DNA of 64,000 nucleotides, taken from NCBI GenBank assembly GCA_963845565.1, contig CAWJSJ010000002.1, positions 1,056,001 through 1,120,000 on the forward strand, given 5' to 3'. The DNA comes from an uncultured Methylomirabilota bacterium. Its GTDB lineage: Bacteria > Methylomirabilota > Methylomirabilia > Methylomirabilales > 2-02-FULL-66-22. This document shows, piece by piece, positions 49,705-58,709 of this stretch. How positions within the stretch are numbered: the stretch's first letter is position 1; every line of letters starts with the position of its first letter. The notes below the pieces were generated by a model. That model was not told the DNA's origin. It saw only the letters and a program-made list of their open reading frames with translations, and did not search any database. The position numbers and the translations under genes were made by a program.

Positions 49705-49923
49705 AAGTTCACTTTAGTGCATTCCGGTTGATGTTATTTCAAAAAGGGCAAGCCGTTACTCCGATCAACGCGGCTACCTTTTGAAAACAAAGGGATTATT
49801 GGATTCCCCGGGGATGTCCCGGCGGGCGATTCCCGCAAAGTCGGACGTGAGAATCAGCCCCTGGGACTGACGGAACCGTTCGTATTCACTGACGTTTTTT
49901 GCAGGGACGGCGGAGATTCACCG

Positions 49924-51879
49924 GTGCCTGACCCGAGACTGGAGCCAAACGACAAGGAGCAGCAACCCGTCCTGGGCGAGGGGCCATGGAACGACAAGGT
50001 CCTGGTGGACGCCATCGGCTACACCAAGGGCTTGGTCGCCATCCTCGATTCCCTGACCGATGGGTTCCAGCGGCGGGGCGGGAGATCGAGGAGCAGCGCC
50101 ACCGCCTCGCCATCCTGCAGAGCGAACGGCGCGCGATCCAGGAGGGGCGCGCCGAGTTCGAAGCGCAGATCAGTGCGCTGACGGCCGAGCGGGACGGGCT
50201 CCAGGCCACGCTGGGCGGGCGCGATCGAGAGCTCGAGCGGCTTCGGCAGGAGGTGGCTCAGGGGCAGGCCGCGCTGGACGCGCGTCTGCGAGAGATCCAG
50301 GAACTCCAGGCCGGGATGGCAGAGCCGGCCCGACAGGCCGAGGAACTCCGGGAAGTCGTCCGTGCGCTGGAGCGACAGCTGCAAAAGGCGCGTCAGGCGC
50401 CCGGCCGATCGCCGAAAGACGAGAGCCGCGGCGGACGATCCGCTGAAGGCGTCGTACCACGACCTGGTCGGGTTGCAGGAGTTGATCTCGGATTACCAGC
50501 GCACCGGCGAAGCCGAGGTCGCCGGCCTCACGGCCGAGCGGGACGGGCTGCGGGCCGAGATCGCGGAGCGCGACCGGGAGATCGAGCGGCTCCGAGAGGA
50601 CGTGGCCCAGGGGCAGGTCGCGCTGGATGTCCGTCTGGGCGAGATTCGGGAGCTTCAGGTCCGTGTGGCAGAGCCGGCCCGCCAGGCGGAAGAACTTCGG
50701 GAGATTGTCCGGGGCCTGCAGCGGGAGCGGGAGAGCCTGACGCATCGCCAGGCAATCCTGGAGGCCGAGCTCGAAGAGGAGCGGCGTCAGGCGCGCGAGG
50801 CCGCCGCGCGCGCGACCCAGGCGCAGGCGGCGCTCCGTGAAGACCTCACCGATGCGGAGAACATCCTGGCCGGCCTGCGGAAAGATATCGCCGGTGCGCA
50901 AGGATTGGCCACCAGCCTCCGCCGAACGGCCGATGAGGAGCGTTCTCGCACCAGCCTGCTTCAAGAGCAGCTCCGGTTCCAGACGGTCGAGGTCGCGCGC
51001 TTGACCGCGGCCATTCACGGCGCGCAGACGCTGTTCAGCGAACTGGTGGACGCCCTCGGCGGAGAGGCGGGCGCATCCCGCCCGGGGTGGGAACCCAGCG
51101 CGCAGCGGCGCGAATGGGCCGAGCTGGCCGAGCTGGTGGGGGGATCGGAGGACGCGGCGAATCTTGGCCGCGAAGCGCTCACCGTTCTGCAACCCGTGCT
51201 CGAGGGGCTGCGGGGCATCCTGGGGCCTGTCGACGGTGCAGCAATCCAGGCCCCGCGAACGGCCGCGGACGAAGCGCCGGTCCGGCAGCGCGCCCAGCAG
51301 ATCGCCGACCGGTGGCGGCAGGTGTTGCGAGAGCGAGCGGATTCGACCCAGAGGGAGCGGCAGCTCCGCGAGGAGAACGAACGCCTGTCCGCGGAGCTGG
51401 CCGCGACGAAGGACGGCCGAGACGCACGACGAGACGATCAGCGGTCCGCGCCCACGCGCGATCGTCGCGCCCCCGCGGCCGAGGTTGTCGCGCCGCACGG
51501 CACGGGAGAGAAGAGCCTCCGACGCGGCGCCGGCGGCAAGGAGGCGGCCGCGCCGGCCGCACCACAGAAAGCGCCCAAGCGCCGCGCCGCGCTGTCGGGC
51601 ATGACCGTGGAGTGCACGCTGGAGACGTCCGGCGGAGACGCCGCCCGCATCCTGCGCGGCGAGATCATCCGCATCAACACGATGGGCTTGATGGGCGCCT
51701 TCGAGGAGCAGTTCCCGGAAGGCCGACGCGTGGCCGTCCGATTCGTGCGGGGTGGCGAAGAATTCACGTTCCCCGGACGGATCGTCCGGGTGCAGCAAGC
51801 CGTCACCGCCCCCGATGCGCCTGCGGTCTTCAACCACCTGATCCGATTCGAATCCCCCGTGGCAAGCCCCGACGCGTAA
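49924..51879 (+). CDS. Long coiled-coil protein with an internal duplication and a C-terminal PilZ-like domain (two compensating frameshifts near 50077 and 50425)
   Basis: ORFs 49924, 49986 and 50362 join into about 651 aa; heptad-rich; C-terminal VECTLE...GEIIRINTMGL...GRIVRV...HLIRF beta-barrel pattern. Confidence 0.65.
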
Positions 51880-51919
51880 CCGGCCCCGGAAGATCCGCCC
51901 ACATCCCCACAGGAATCGG

Positions 51920-52591
51920 TTAGGGTCGCCCGGCGAGCAAGAATCCCAGCGCCAGGGAGACGGACCAGGTCGGCGACGTGAACCGCAAGCCATGGTCGAC
52001 CAGTGCGTCGGAGTTGTCCCCGTCCGGCGGCTGCGCCCACACGACGGCCCCCTCCAGCGTCAACGGCCCGTTGTCGGAATGGAGCGTGACCTCCAGCACC
52101 GTGCCGGGCTTGACCGTTTGGGGCAACCGGAGCGACATCCCGCCGCGACTCACCTCGCTGGTCCGGCCCGTCAACAGTGGACTGCCGGCACTCTTGAGCC
52201 GGCAGGTGACGGGAAGCTCCATGGCCAAGCGCATTCCGACGTGGGCAACCATCGTGAGCGGAAGCAGGAGATCGCGGAGGGCCTGGAGCTGATCCGGAGA
52301 CACCCGTGTGAAGACGAGGCCGTAGCAGTTCTCGACGTCCGGCGTCGAGGCGCCGATCCACGCGATCTTGGCTTCCATCTCGATGGGGCCTCGATCGGTC
52401 TGGATGCGAACCCGGAGTTGCGCCTCTTCCTCCAGACGCTCCGGCAGTTCTGCGGTGACTCCCCCTTCGCCGAGTTCGCGAGTCCACCCCGCGCCGGCCC
52501 GCGTCCGGGCGCCGCTCTTCCTCCGCCAGTAGAGGAGCGGAAGTTGTATTGGGTACCGGCTGGAGAAACGCTCTGCAGACGCCTGGGACAT
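51920..52591 (-). CDS. Tandem PilZ-domain protein
   Basis: MSQASAERFSSRYPIQLPL (RxxxR)...TRELGEGG...YGLVF; second repeat RLAMELPV...TSEVSRGG...VVWAQ...HGLRF. Confidence 0.85.
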   Translation of the reverse strand: MSQASAERFSSRYPIQLPLLYWRRKSGARTRAGAGWTRELGEGGVTAELPERLEEEAQLRVRIQTDRGPIEMEAKIAWIGASTPDVENCYGLVFTRVSPDQLQALRDLLLPLTMVAHVGMRLAMELPVTCRLKSAGSPLLTGRTSEVSRGGMSLRLPQTVKPGTVLEVTLHSDNGPLTLEGAVVWAQPPDGDNSDALVDHGLRFTSPTWSVSLALGFLLAGRP

Positions 52592-52957
52592 GATGGGCCC
52601 CCTGTGTTGGGGCTGAGAATACGACGAGCCGTAGGAGGTTCGCAAGGAAGATCTTGCGGATGAATCCTCGAAAATCGCATTCCTCATGATCAGGAGGGTA
52701 TCGAATTTTTCACGCGGCAGTGGTATCATGCGGACCAACGAGGCCCCCTGTCGGCCCCCTTTACACTCCTGGCCCCGGCGGCCGCACCCCGGACCCCGGC
52801 GCCGCGGGCCGGGACCGCCGTAACCCCGTGGAAGGGCGCGGCGGGCCCAAACCGGAGGAAACCGGTCCCGCCCCGGGCCCCGGGACGGGAACGGCAAATG
52901 CATGCATCCACCGGGGGCCCCCTGGGGAGGGGGGCCGGGCCCCCCAGCGAGGATGGG

Positions 52958-54071
52958 ATGCCACCCATGGACCCCGAGACCCTGGCCACCCGCTGCACCC
53001 AGCAGGCGCGGGAGATCCGCGCCCTGGAGAAGATCGAGACGCTGCTCGAGCGGCGCCACGCCCTGGAGGCGGCCAACCGGGCCCTGCAGACCCAGCTCGC
53101 CGAGCTGCGCACGGTCTGGGCCCTCGGCCGGACGCTGGCCGCCACGCTCAACCCGGAGGAGCTGCTCCCCCTCGCCCTCCACTGGCTCGGCCGGGCCCTG
53201 CCCGCCGACGCCTACGCCCTCTTCCTCCTGGACGAGGTGAGCCGCCAGCTCACCGTCAAGGGGACCGCCGGCCTGGGGGCCGCCCGCCTCCAGGACCGCA
53301 CCTGCGGGCTGGGGGAGGGGATCGCCGGGGTGGTCGCCGCCACCGGCGAGGCCCAGCTGACCGCCGCCGACGACCCCACGCCGGGGGCCGGCCTGTACGT
53401 CCCCCTCAAGGTCACCGGCGGCCGGGTCCTGGGGGTCCTCCAGGCGCACCGGGCCACCCCCCCACCCTTCACCCCCCGGGACCTGGCCCAGGGGCAAGCC
53501 GTGGCCACCCAGGTGGCCGTGGCCCTGGAGAACGCCCAGCGCTACCAGCGGACCAAGGAGCTCAGCGCCAAGGACGAGCTCACCGGCCTCGCCAACCGCC
53601 GCGCCTTCTTCGAGGCCCTGGAGGCCGAGGACCAGCGCGCCCGCCGGTACCGGCGGGGCTTCACCATCCTGATGCTGGATCTGGACGCCTTCAAGCACTA
53701 CAACGACACCCAGGGGCACCTCGGCGGGGACCAGGCGCTCCGGGCGGTGGGGCGCCTCCTGCTCGGCAGCACCCGCCGGGCCGACGTGGTGGCCCGCTTC
53801 GGCGGCGAGGAGTTCGTGGTCCTCCTCCCCGAGACCCTCAAGGCCGCCGGGGCCGTGGTGGCGGAGAAGATCCGCGCCGCGGTGGCCGCAGCACCCCCTC
53901 CCGGGCCGCGAGGCGCAGCCCGGCGGCCGCCTGACGATCACCGGCGGGGTGGCCGCCTACCCCGGGGATGCCGCCAGCGGGCTCGAGGTGGTGGACGCCG
54001 CCGACCGGGCGCTCTACCGCGGCAAGCAGCAGGGGGGCAACCGGGTGGTCCTGGCGGCGGAGGGAGAGTGA
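52958..54071 (+). CDS. GAF-GGDEF diguanylate cyclase (frameshift in the C run near 53896)
   Basis: DELTGLANRR, DLDAFKHYND, RRAD I-site and RFGGEEF. The +1 frame continues LTITGGVAAYP...AADRALYRGKQQGGNRV to the stop at 54071. Confidence 0.9.
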
Positions 54072-54173
54072 GCCGTTGTCAAAGAATTAGTTGAGCGGAG
54101 ACATTCCGAAACGGCATAAGGAGCCGTACCGAAATAGAAAGAGATGTATAGGTTATTTCGTAACGGCTCCTAA
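54071..54173 (+). mobile_element. 103-bp MITE-like element, family B, copy 2
   Basis: 102/103-nt inverted match to 886-988; starts at the TGA stop of the GGDEF gene. Confidence 0.75.
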
Positions 54174-54292
54174 GCGAGGCGGTCCGCCTGTCGTCCGGAT
54201 CCCTCACAGACTCGTTCCGTAACCTTGCAGCTCATGAAGCCGGGTGACATGCCGTTCCGCGTCCTGCCCAACGCCGACACCCCTCTTCGTCC

Positions 54293-54643
54293 ATGACTGC
54301 GAATTCGCCCGCACCGCTGAGCGAGTTCGAGGTCTGGCTCCTCTGCCGTATCGCTCAGGCGGTGGAGGCCTGCGAAGTGTCGGAGGCACTCCTTCGCGAG
54401 GTCCGCGACGCGTTCCGCAGGCGGGACCTGATATTGCTGGCCGGCCATCGCGAACTGGCGGTCCGCCGTCTCGAGGGCCTCGGCGGCGTGAGCAAGGCCG
54501 AGGCGGAAGCCGCGCTCGAGATGATGCAGGACTATCCGGACCGGCTCCGCAGCCGGTTTGTGTGCTGGCTCGCGGAAGGATGGTTGGACAGACGGCGGCG
54601 CGCATACGGAAAGGCGCGGACGGCACAGGTCGGCGAGGTGTGA
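54293..54643 (+). CDS. Hypothetical helical protein (116 aa)
   Basis: Protein-like composition; fills the gap before the SDR gene; no family recognised. Confidence 0.5.
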   Translation: MTANSPAPLSEFEVWLLCRIAQAVEACEVSEALLREVRDAFRRRDLILLAGHRELAVRRLEGLGGVSKAEAEAALEMMQDYPDRLRSRFVCWLAEGWLDRRRRAYGKARTAQVGEV

Positions 54644-54672
54644 ACCCGAATTCTGCCAGGGGAGGGCACGCG

Positions 54673-55434
54673 ATGATGCAGTTCCAGGGGAAGGCCGTGT
54701 TGATCACGGGTGCCGGCGTGGGGATCGGGCGGGCCGCCGCCGTCCAGTTCGCCAAGGCGGGGGCAAAGGTGGCGGTCAATTCCGTGACGGCGGCCAACGG
54801 GGAAGAGACGGTGCGCCTCGTCAGGGCAGCGGGTGCCCAGGGGGTCTACATCCAGGGCGACGTGTCGCGGGATGCGGATGCGCGGCGCATGGTGGACGAG
54901 ACGGTCAAGGCTTTCGGCCGAATCGACGTGCTGGTCAACAATGCCGGCATCGTGCTGCCGGGCCGCGTCGACAACACCACCGAAGACGATTGGGACCGGA
55001 CGATGGCCGTCAACCTCAAGGGGCCCTTCCTCGTCTCCAAGTACGCGATCCCGGCGATGAAGAAAGTCGGCGGCGGCGTCATCGTGAATACCGCCTCTGT
55101 CGTGGCGACCAAGGGGGTCAAGGATCGGGCCGCCTACACGGCGTCCAAGGGGGGCCTGTGGGCGCTGACCAAGGCCATGGCGGCCGATTACCTGGCGGAC
55201 AAGATCCGCGTGAATTGCGTATGCCCGGGCACCACCGACACGCCGTCCCTCGCACGCCGCATCCAGGCGTTCGCCGACCCGGAAAAGGCGAGAGCGGATT
55301 TCATCGCCCGCCAACCCATGGGCCGGCTGGGGACGGACGAAGAGATTGCCGCGGCCATTCTATTCGCCGCCTCCGATGAGGCTGCGTTCATGAATGGCGC
55401 GGCCATCGCCATCGACGGCGGGATGACGATCTAG
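54673..55434 (+). CDS. Short-chain dehydrogenase/reductase
   Basis: TGAGVGIG, NNAG, YTASK, VCPGTTDTP and ARQPMGRLG. Confidence 0.95.
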   Translation: MMQFQGKAVLITGAGVGIGRAAAVQFAKAGAKVAVNSVTAANGEETVRLVRAAGAQGVYIQGDVSRDADARRMVDETVKAFGRIDVLVNNAGIVLPGRVDNTTEDDWDRTMAVNLKGPFLVSKYAIPAMKKVGGGVIVNTASVVATKGVKDRAAYTASKGGLWALTKAMAADYLADKIRVNCVCPGTTDTPSLARRIQAFADPEKARADFIARQPMGRLGTDEEIAAAILFAASDEAAFMNGAAIAIDGGMTI

Positions 55435-55590
55435 CAGGCTGCTGAAAACGGCCCATCTGCGGCGTTGGCCCGCCTCGCCGCTCGCTGCGGCGTACCTCCA
55501 GTACGCCTCGCTCGGGCTTCAGCGTGCCGCCTTGCATCTTGGGCCCTTTTGAGCAGCCTGGGGCGAAGATGGAGTATTTTGAACCCCCCA
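55435..55590 (+). mobile_element. MITE-like family A, copy 7
   Basis: CTAG-CAGGCTGCTGAAAACGGCCCA...TGGGCCCTTTTGAGCAGCCTG (inner end 55560) with a degenerate outer end. Confidence 0.85.
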
Positions 55591-55605
55591 GAGAGGAGCG
55601 GAGCG

Positions 55606-56085
55606 ATGATTTGCGGCAAGCTGGACGGTTGGCGACAGATCGACGGGGTGCACGGACTTGAGGCGGGGTTCGAGTTCCTGGAGCGGAGCAATCTCGGCGC
55701 GCTCGCCATGGGCAAGCACGAGATCCAGGGCGAGGCGGTCTTCGCGCTGGCGATGAAGGCGCCGTCGCGCGCTCCCGAGGCGGGCCAATTCGAATCCCAC
55801 CGGGACTACATCGACATTCAATTTCTGTTCGCAGGCGAGGAAATGATCGGGGTCGTGCCGACGGGACAACTCCACGGCGCGACGCCGTACGATGCCGCCA
55901 AGGACATCATGTTCTACGCGGCACCGTCGCGCTATCACGAGCTCCGCATTCCCCCCGGTCATTTCGCGGTGTTCTTTCCCGAGGAGGGCCATCTGCCGAT
56001 GTGCCATTCCGGCGGACCGCACGAGCTGCACAAGGTGGTCATCAAGGTGAGGGTGGACTACTGGGAGGCGCACCGGAAGCGCTGA
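55606..56085 (+). CDS. YhcH/YjgK/YiaL (DUF386) family protein
   Basis: FESHRDYIDIQ, YDAAKDI.FY, FAVFFPEEGH.P and KVVIKV. Confidence 0.92.
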   Translation: MICGKLDGWRQIDGVHGLEAGFEFLERSNLGALAMGKHEIQGEAVFALAMKAPSRAPEAGQFESHRDYIDIQFLFAGEEMIGVVPTGQLHGATPYDAAKDIMFYAAPSRYHELRIPPGHFAVFFPEEGHLPMCHSGGPHELHKVVIKVRVDYWEAHRKR

Positions 56086-56178
56086 AGTGCGGGGCGACGC
56101 CAGACCAAACACGCCGCGAATATCCGTTCGCGGCGTGTGGCGTTTGCGGCGGACGACCGTCCGCTAGTGGCTGCAGCC

Positions 56179-57432
56179 TCAACTCGTCCCGCCCCTCGGC
56201 GCGGTCGCCTTCTTCAGCAGGACGATGGCCAGGTTGAGGAGGACGGCGGCGAAGGTCGAGGCGCCGATAGGGTCCAGGACCACGCCCCAGAGGTTCAGGG
56301 TCACGTTCTTGGCCACCATGGCGGTGCAGAGGGCCACCGAGATCCCGAAGACGCCGAAGTTCTCCAGCGTGCCCCAGTCCTCGTCCGCCGTGGCGATGAC
56401 CTTGCTGCTGGTGCCGGCGATCAGGCCGAACAGGAGGAAGGAGATCCCGCCCATCACGGGGACGGGGATCGAGCCGATGAAGGCCCCGAACTTCGGCACC
56501 AGGCCCAGCAGGATGGCCGTCACCGCCGCCACCTGGAGCGGCCGGATGGAGAACACCTTGGTGATGGACATGACCCCGATGTTCTCGGCGTAGGTCGTCT
56601 GCCCGGTGCCGCCGCCCAGGGCCGAGACGAAGGTCGCGGCGGCGTCGCCCATGAAGGTGTTGCCGACCTCGGGTGTCAGGTCGCGCTCCATGTAGGCGGA
56701 GATGGCTTTCACGTGGCCCAGGTTCTCCGCCACCAGCATGACCACCACCGGGACGATCAGGGAGACGGCCTCGAAGTTGACGGTGGGCGCGACGAAATTG
56801 GGCAGGCCGACCCAGTCGGCTTTGGCCACTGCGGAGAAATCCACCTGGCCCGTCACCGCGGCAACGAGGTAGCCCGCCACCACCGCGATGAGGACGGGGA
56901 TGAGCTTGGCGAAGCCGCGGGCCGCCACGGCCACGCAGACGGCCACGCCCAGGGTGAAGAGCGCCAGCGGCCACCCCTTGGAGGACATATCCCAGCCGAC
57001 CGGGGCCAGGCCGATGCCGATGACCGCCACCACCGCGGCGGTGACGGGCGGCGGCATGAGGGCCGCGATCGCCCGGGTACCCGGCTTGGTCTTCACCAGC
57101 GCCCCCACGATGAAGTACACCACCGCCGCCGCGGCAATCCCACCCAGGGCGGCCGGCACGCCGCCGAGCTTCTTGGCGGCGATGACCGGTCCGATGAATG
57201 CAAACGAGCTTCCCAGATAGCTGGGCACCCGGCCGCGGACGACCGCCATGAAGATCAGGGTGCCGATGCCGGAGAAGAAGATCGCCAGGTTGGGATCGAA
57301 GCCCATCAGGAAGGGGGCCAAGACGGTCGCCCCGAACATCGCGATGACGTGCTGCAGGCCGAGGCCGACCATCCGGCCCGTCGGCAGGCTTTGCTCCGGG
57401 AGAACAATCGCGTTGGTGTCGTGAGTCGCCAT
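56179..57432 (-). CDS. uraA: Uracil permease (NCS2 family)
   Basis: GLQHVIAMFGATVL, YLGSSFAF, ENLGH and TTYAENIGV. Confidence 0.93.
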   Translation of the reverse strand: MATHDTNAIVLPEQSLPTGRMVGLGLQHVIAMFGATVLAPFLMGFDPNLAIFFSGIGTLIFMAVVRGRVPSYLGSSFAFIGPVIAAKKLGGVPAALGGIAAAAVVYFIVGALVKTKPGTRAIAALMPPPVTAAVVAVIGIGLAPVGWDMSSKGWPLALFTLGVAVCVAVAARGFAKLIPVLIAVVAGYLVAAVTGQVDFSAVAKADWVGLPNFVAPTVNFEAVSLIVPVVVMLVAENLGHVKAISAYMERDLTPEVGNTFMGDAAATFVSALGGGTGQTTYAENIGVMSITKVFSIRPLQVAAVTAILLGLVPKFGAFIGSIPVPVMGGISFLLFGLIAGTSSKVIATADEDWGTLENFGVFGISVALCTAMVAKNVTLNLWGVVLDPIGASTFAAVLLNLAIVLLKKATAPRGGTS

Positions 57433-57484
57433 GGGGTGCCCTCTCCTCCGTCGTGCGGGTGGGGATCCGGAATCGGTCGTCGGG

Positions 57485-58150
57485 CTACACCGCTTCGGGA
57501 ACGAACGGATCATCCGTGGGGTCATTGGCGCCGGTGGCGTTTTGTCGATCGCCGGCGTCGCCCAGTCCCGGGACGATGTACCCGCGCTCGTTCAGTCGTT
57601 CGTCCATCGCCGCGACGTGAATCTCGACATCGGGGTGTTCGCGCGTCAGCAGGGCGATGCCCTCGGGGGCGGCGATCAAGCCGACGAAGACCACCTTCTC
57701 CACCCCCTTCTCCTTCAGGCGGGAGGCCGCGACCACCGCCGAGCCGCCCGTTGCCAGCATGGGGTCGAGAATCAGCGCGATGTCCACCGGGGGATATCCC
57801 TGGAGCTTATCGTAGTACCGCACGGGCTGAAGCGTCTCTTCGTCCCGATAGAGGCCGAGATACCAGATCGGTGCGCCGGGGACCAACTCGTGTGCCGCGG
57901 GGATCATGCCGGCGCCGGCCCGCAGGATGGGCGCGAATCCGACGCGTTTGGCGAGCACGCGCTGGGTGGTGGGCCCGACCGGGGTGACGACGGCGACCTC
58001 GCGCACCGGGAGATCCGCCGTCGCATGGGACAGGAGCATCAGCGAGATCTCCTTGAGCAGCTGACCGAATCGGGCCGGCTGCGTGCGCCGGTCGCGCAGG
58101 AGGGCGAGCTTGTGGCCGAGCAAGGCGTGGTGCGAATACAGATGCACCAT
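57485..58150 (-). CDS. upp: Uracil phosphoribosyltransferase
   Basis: PILRAG, GLYRDEETL, LDPMLATGGS and YIVPGLGDAGDR. Confidence 0.95.
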   Translation of the reverse strand: MVHLYSHHALLGHKLALLRDRRTQPARFGQLLKEISLMLLSHATADLPVREVAVVTPVGPTTQRVLAKRVGFAPILRAGAGMIPAAHELVPGAPIWYLGLYRDEETLQPVRYYDKLQGYPPVDIALILDPMLATGGSAVVAASRLKEKGVEKVVFVGLIAAPEGIALLTREHPDVEIHVAAMDERLNERGYIVPGLGDAGDRQNATGANDPTDDPFVPEAV

Positions 58151-58385
58151 GGTGGATGTCGGGTGAGCCGATCCGAGGCGCGCGGGGGCCATGGGCGTAT
58201 CCTCCGAGAGAATCCTGAGGCGAAATCGGGAGACGAGCACGGAAACCGCAGGCGCACGATAACGGCCCGATACCGCAGGGCCACCCCTGGGATTGCAGGG
58301 CGACAAGCAAGGTTCGGAACATGGCGCCCGACACACGGTGTCGCAACACCGTGCGGGTTCGGACCGCCCCGAAAACCGGCGGGAG

Positions 58386-58413
58386 TCTATACCCCACCAA
58401 ATCGGAAAGTCAA
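58386..58413 (-). promoter_or_regulatory. Putative sigma70 promoter of upp-uraA
   Basis: Minus strand TTGACT-16-TATAGA (or -18-TAGACT). Confidence 0.5.
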
Positions 58414-58709
58414 GGCGCAGACCGCCGCGTCGGGGCCGGTTGCCTGCTTGTGCGGACCGTCTTTGTCCCCGCGGCGTTTCCGGTTGACTGGCGCCAACCC
58501 GTCACACCATGCTACCGCCCGTAACGCCGGCTGAGACCTCCCTGCCGGCGGCAGCGAACGGCGATCCGGCGGCCGGGATTCTGTTGACGGCGCTTCGGGT
58601 CTTGGGGCATGCTACGCTCCGACACAGTGCGGAGCGTCCGGATGGTCTCTGCAACTCAAACCGAGGTGAGCCCGACCGTTCCCCTCGAGACAACCGAAGG
58701 AGGACCTCC

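Noticed and set aside
52810..52880. CAAACCGGAGGAAACCGG upstream of the GGDEF gene as a possible c-di-GMP-I riboswitch
   Set aside because: It lacks the GACGCAAAGC junction and a convincing second stem; the context is very GC-rich and low complexity.
51920..53941. 673-aa minus-strand ORF
   Set aside because: Only the last 223 aa (PilZ-PilZ, start 52591) are credible; the rest is antisense to the GGDEF gene and the intergenic region.
4896..55590. Family A repeats as a CRISPR array or integron attC sites
   Set aside because: They are dispersed, 125-170 bp long, have no spacers, no cas or intI gene, and no RYYYAAC/GTTRRRY ends.
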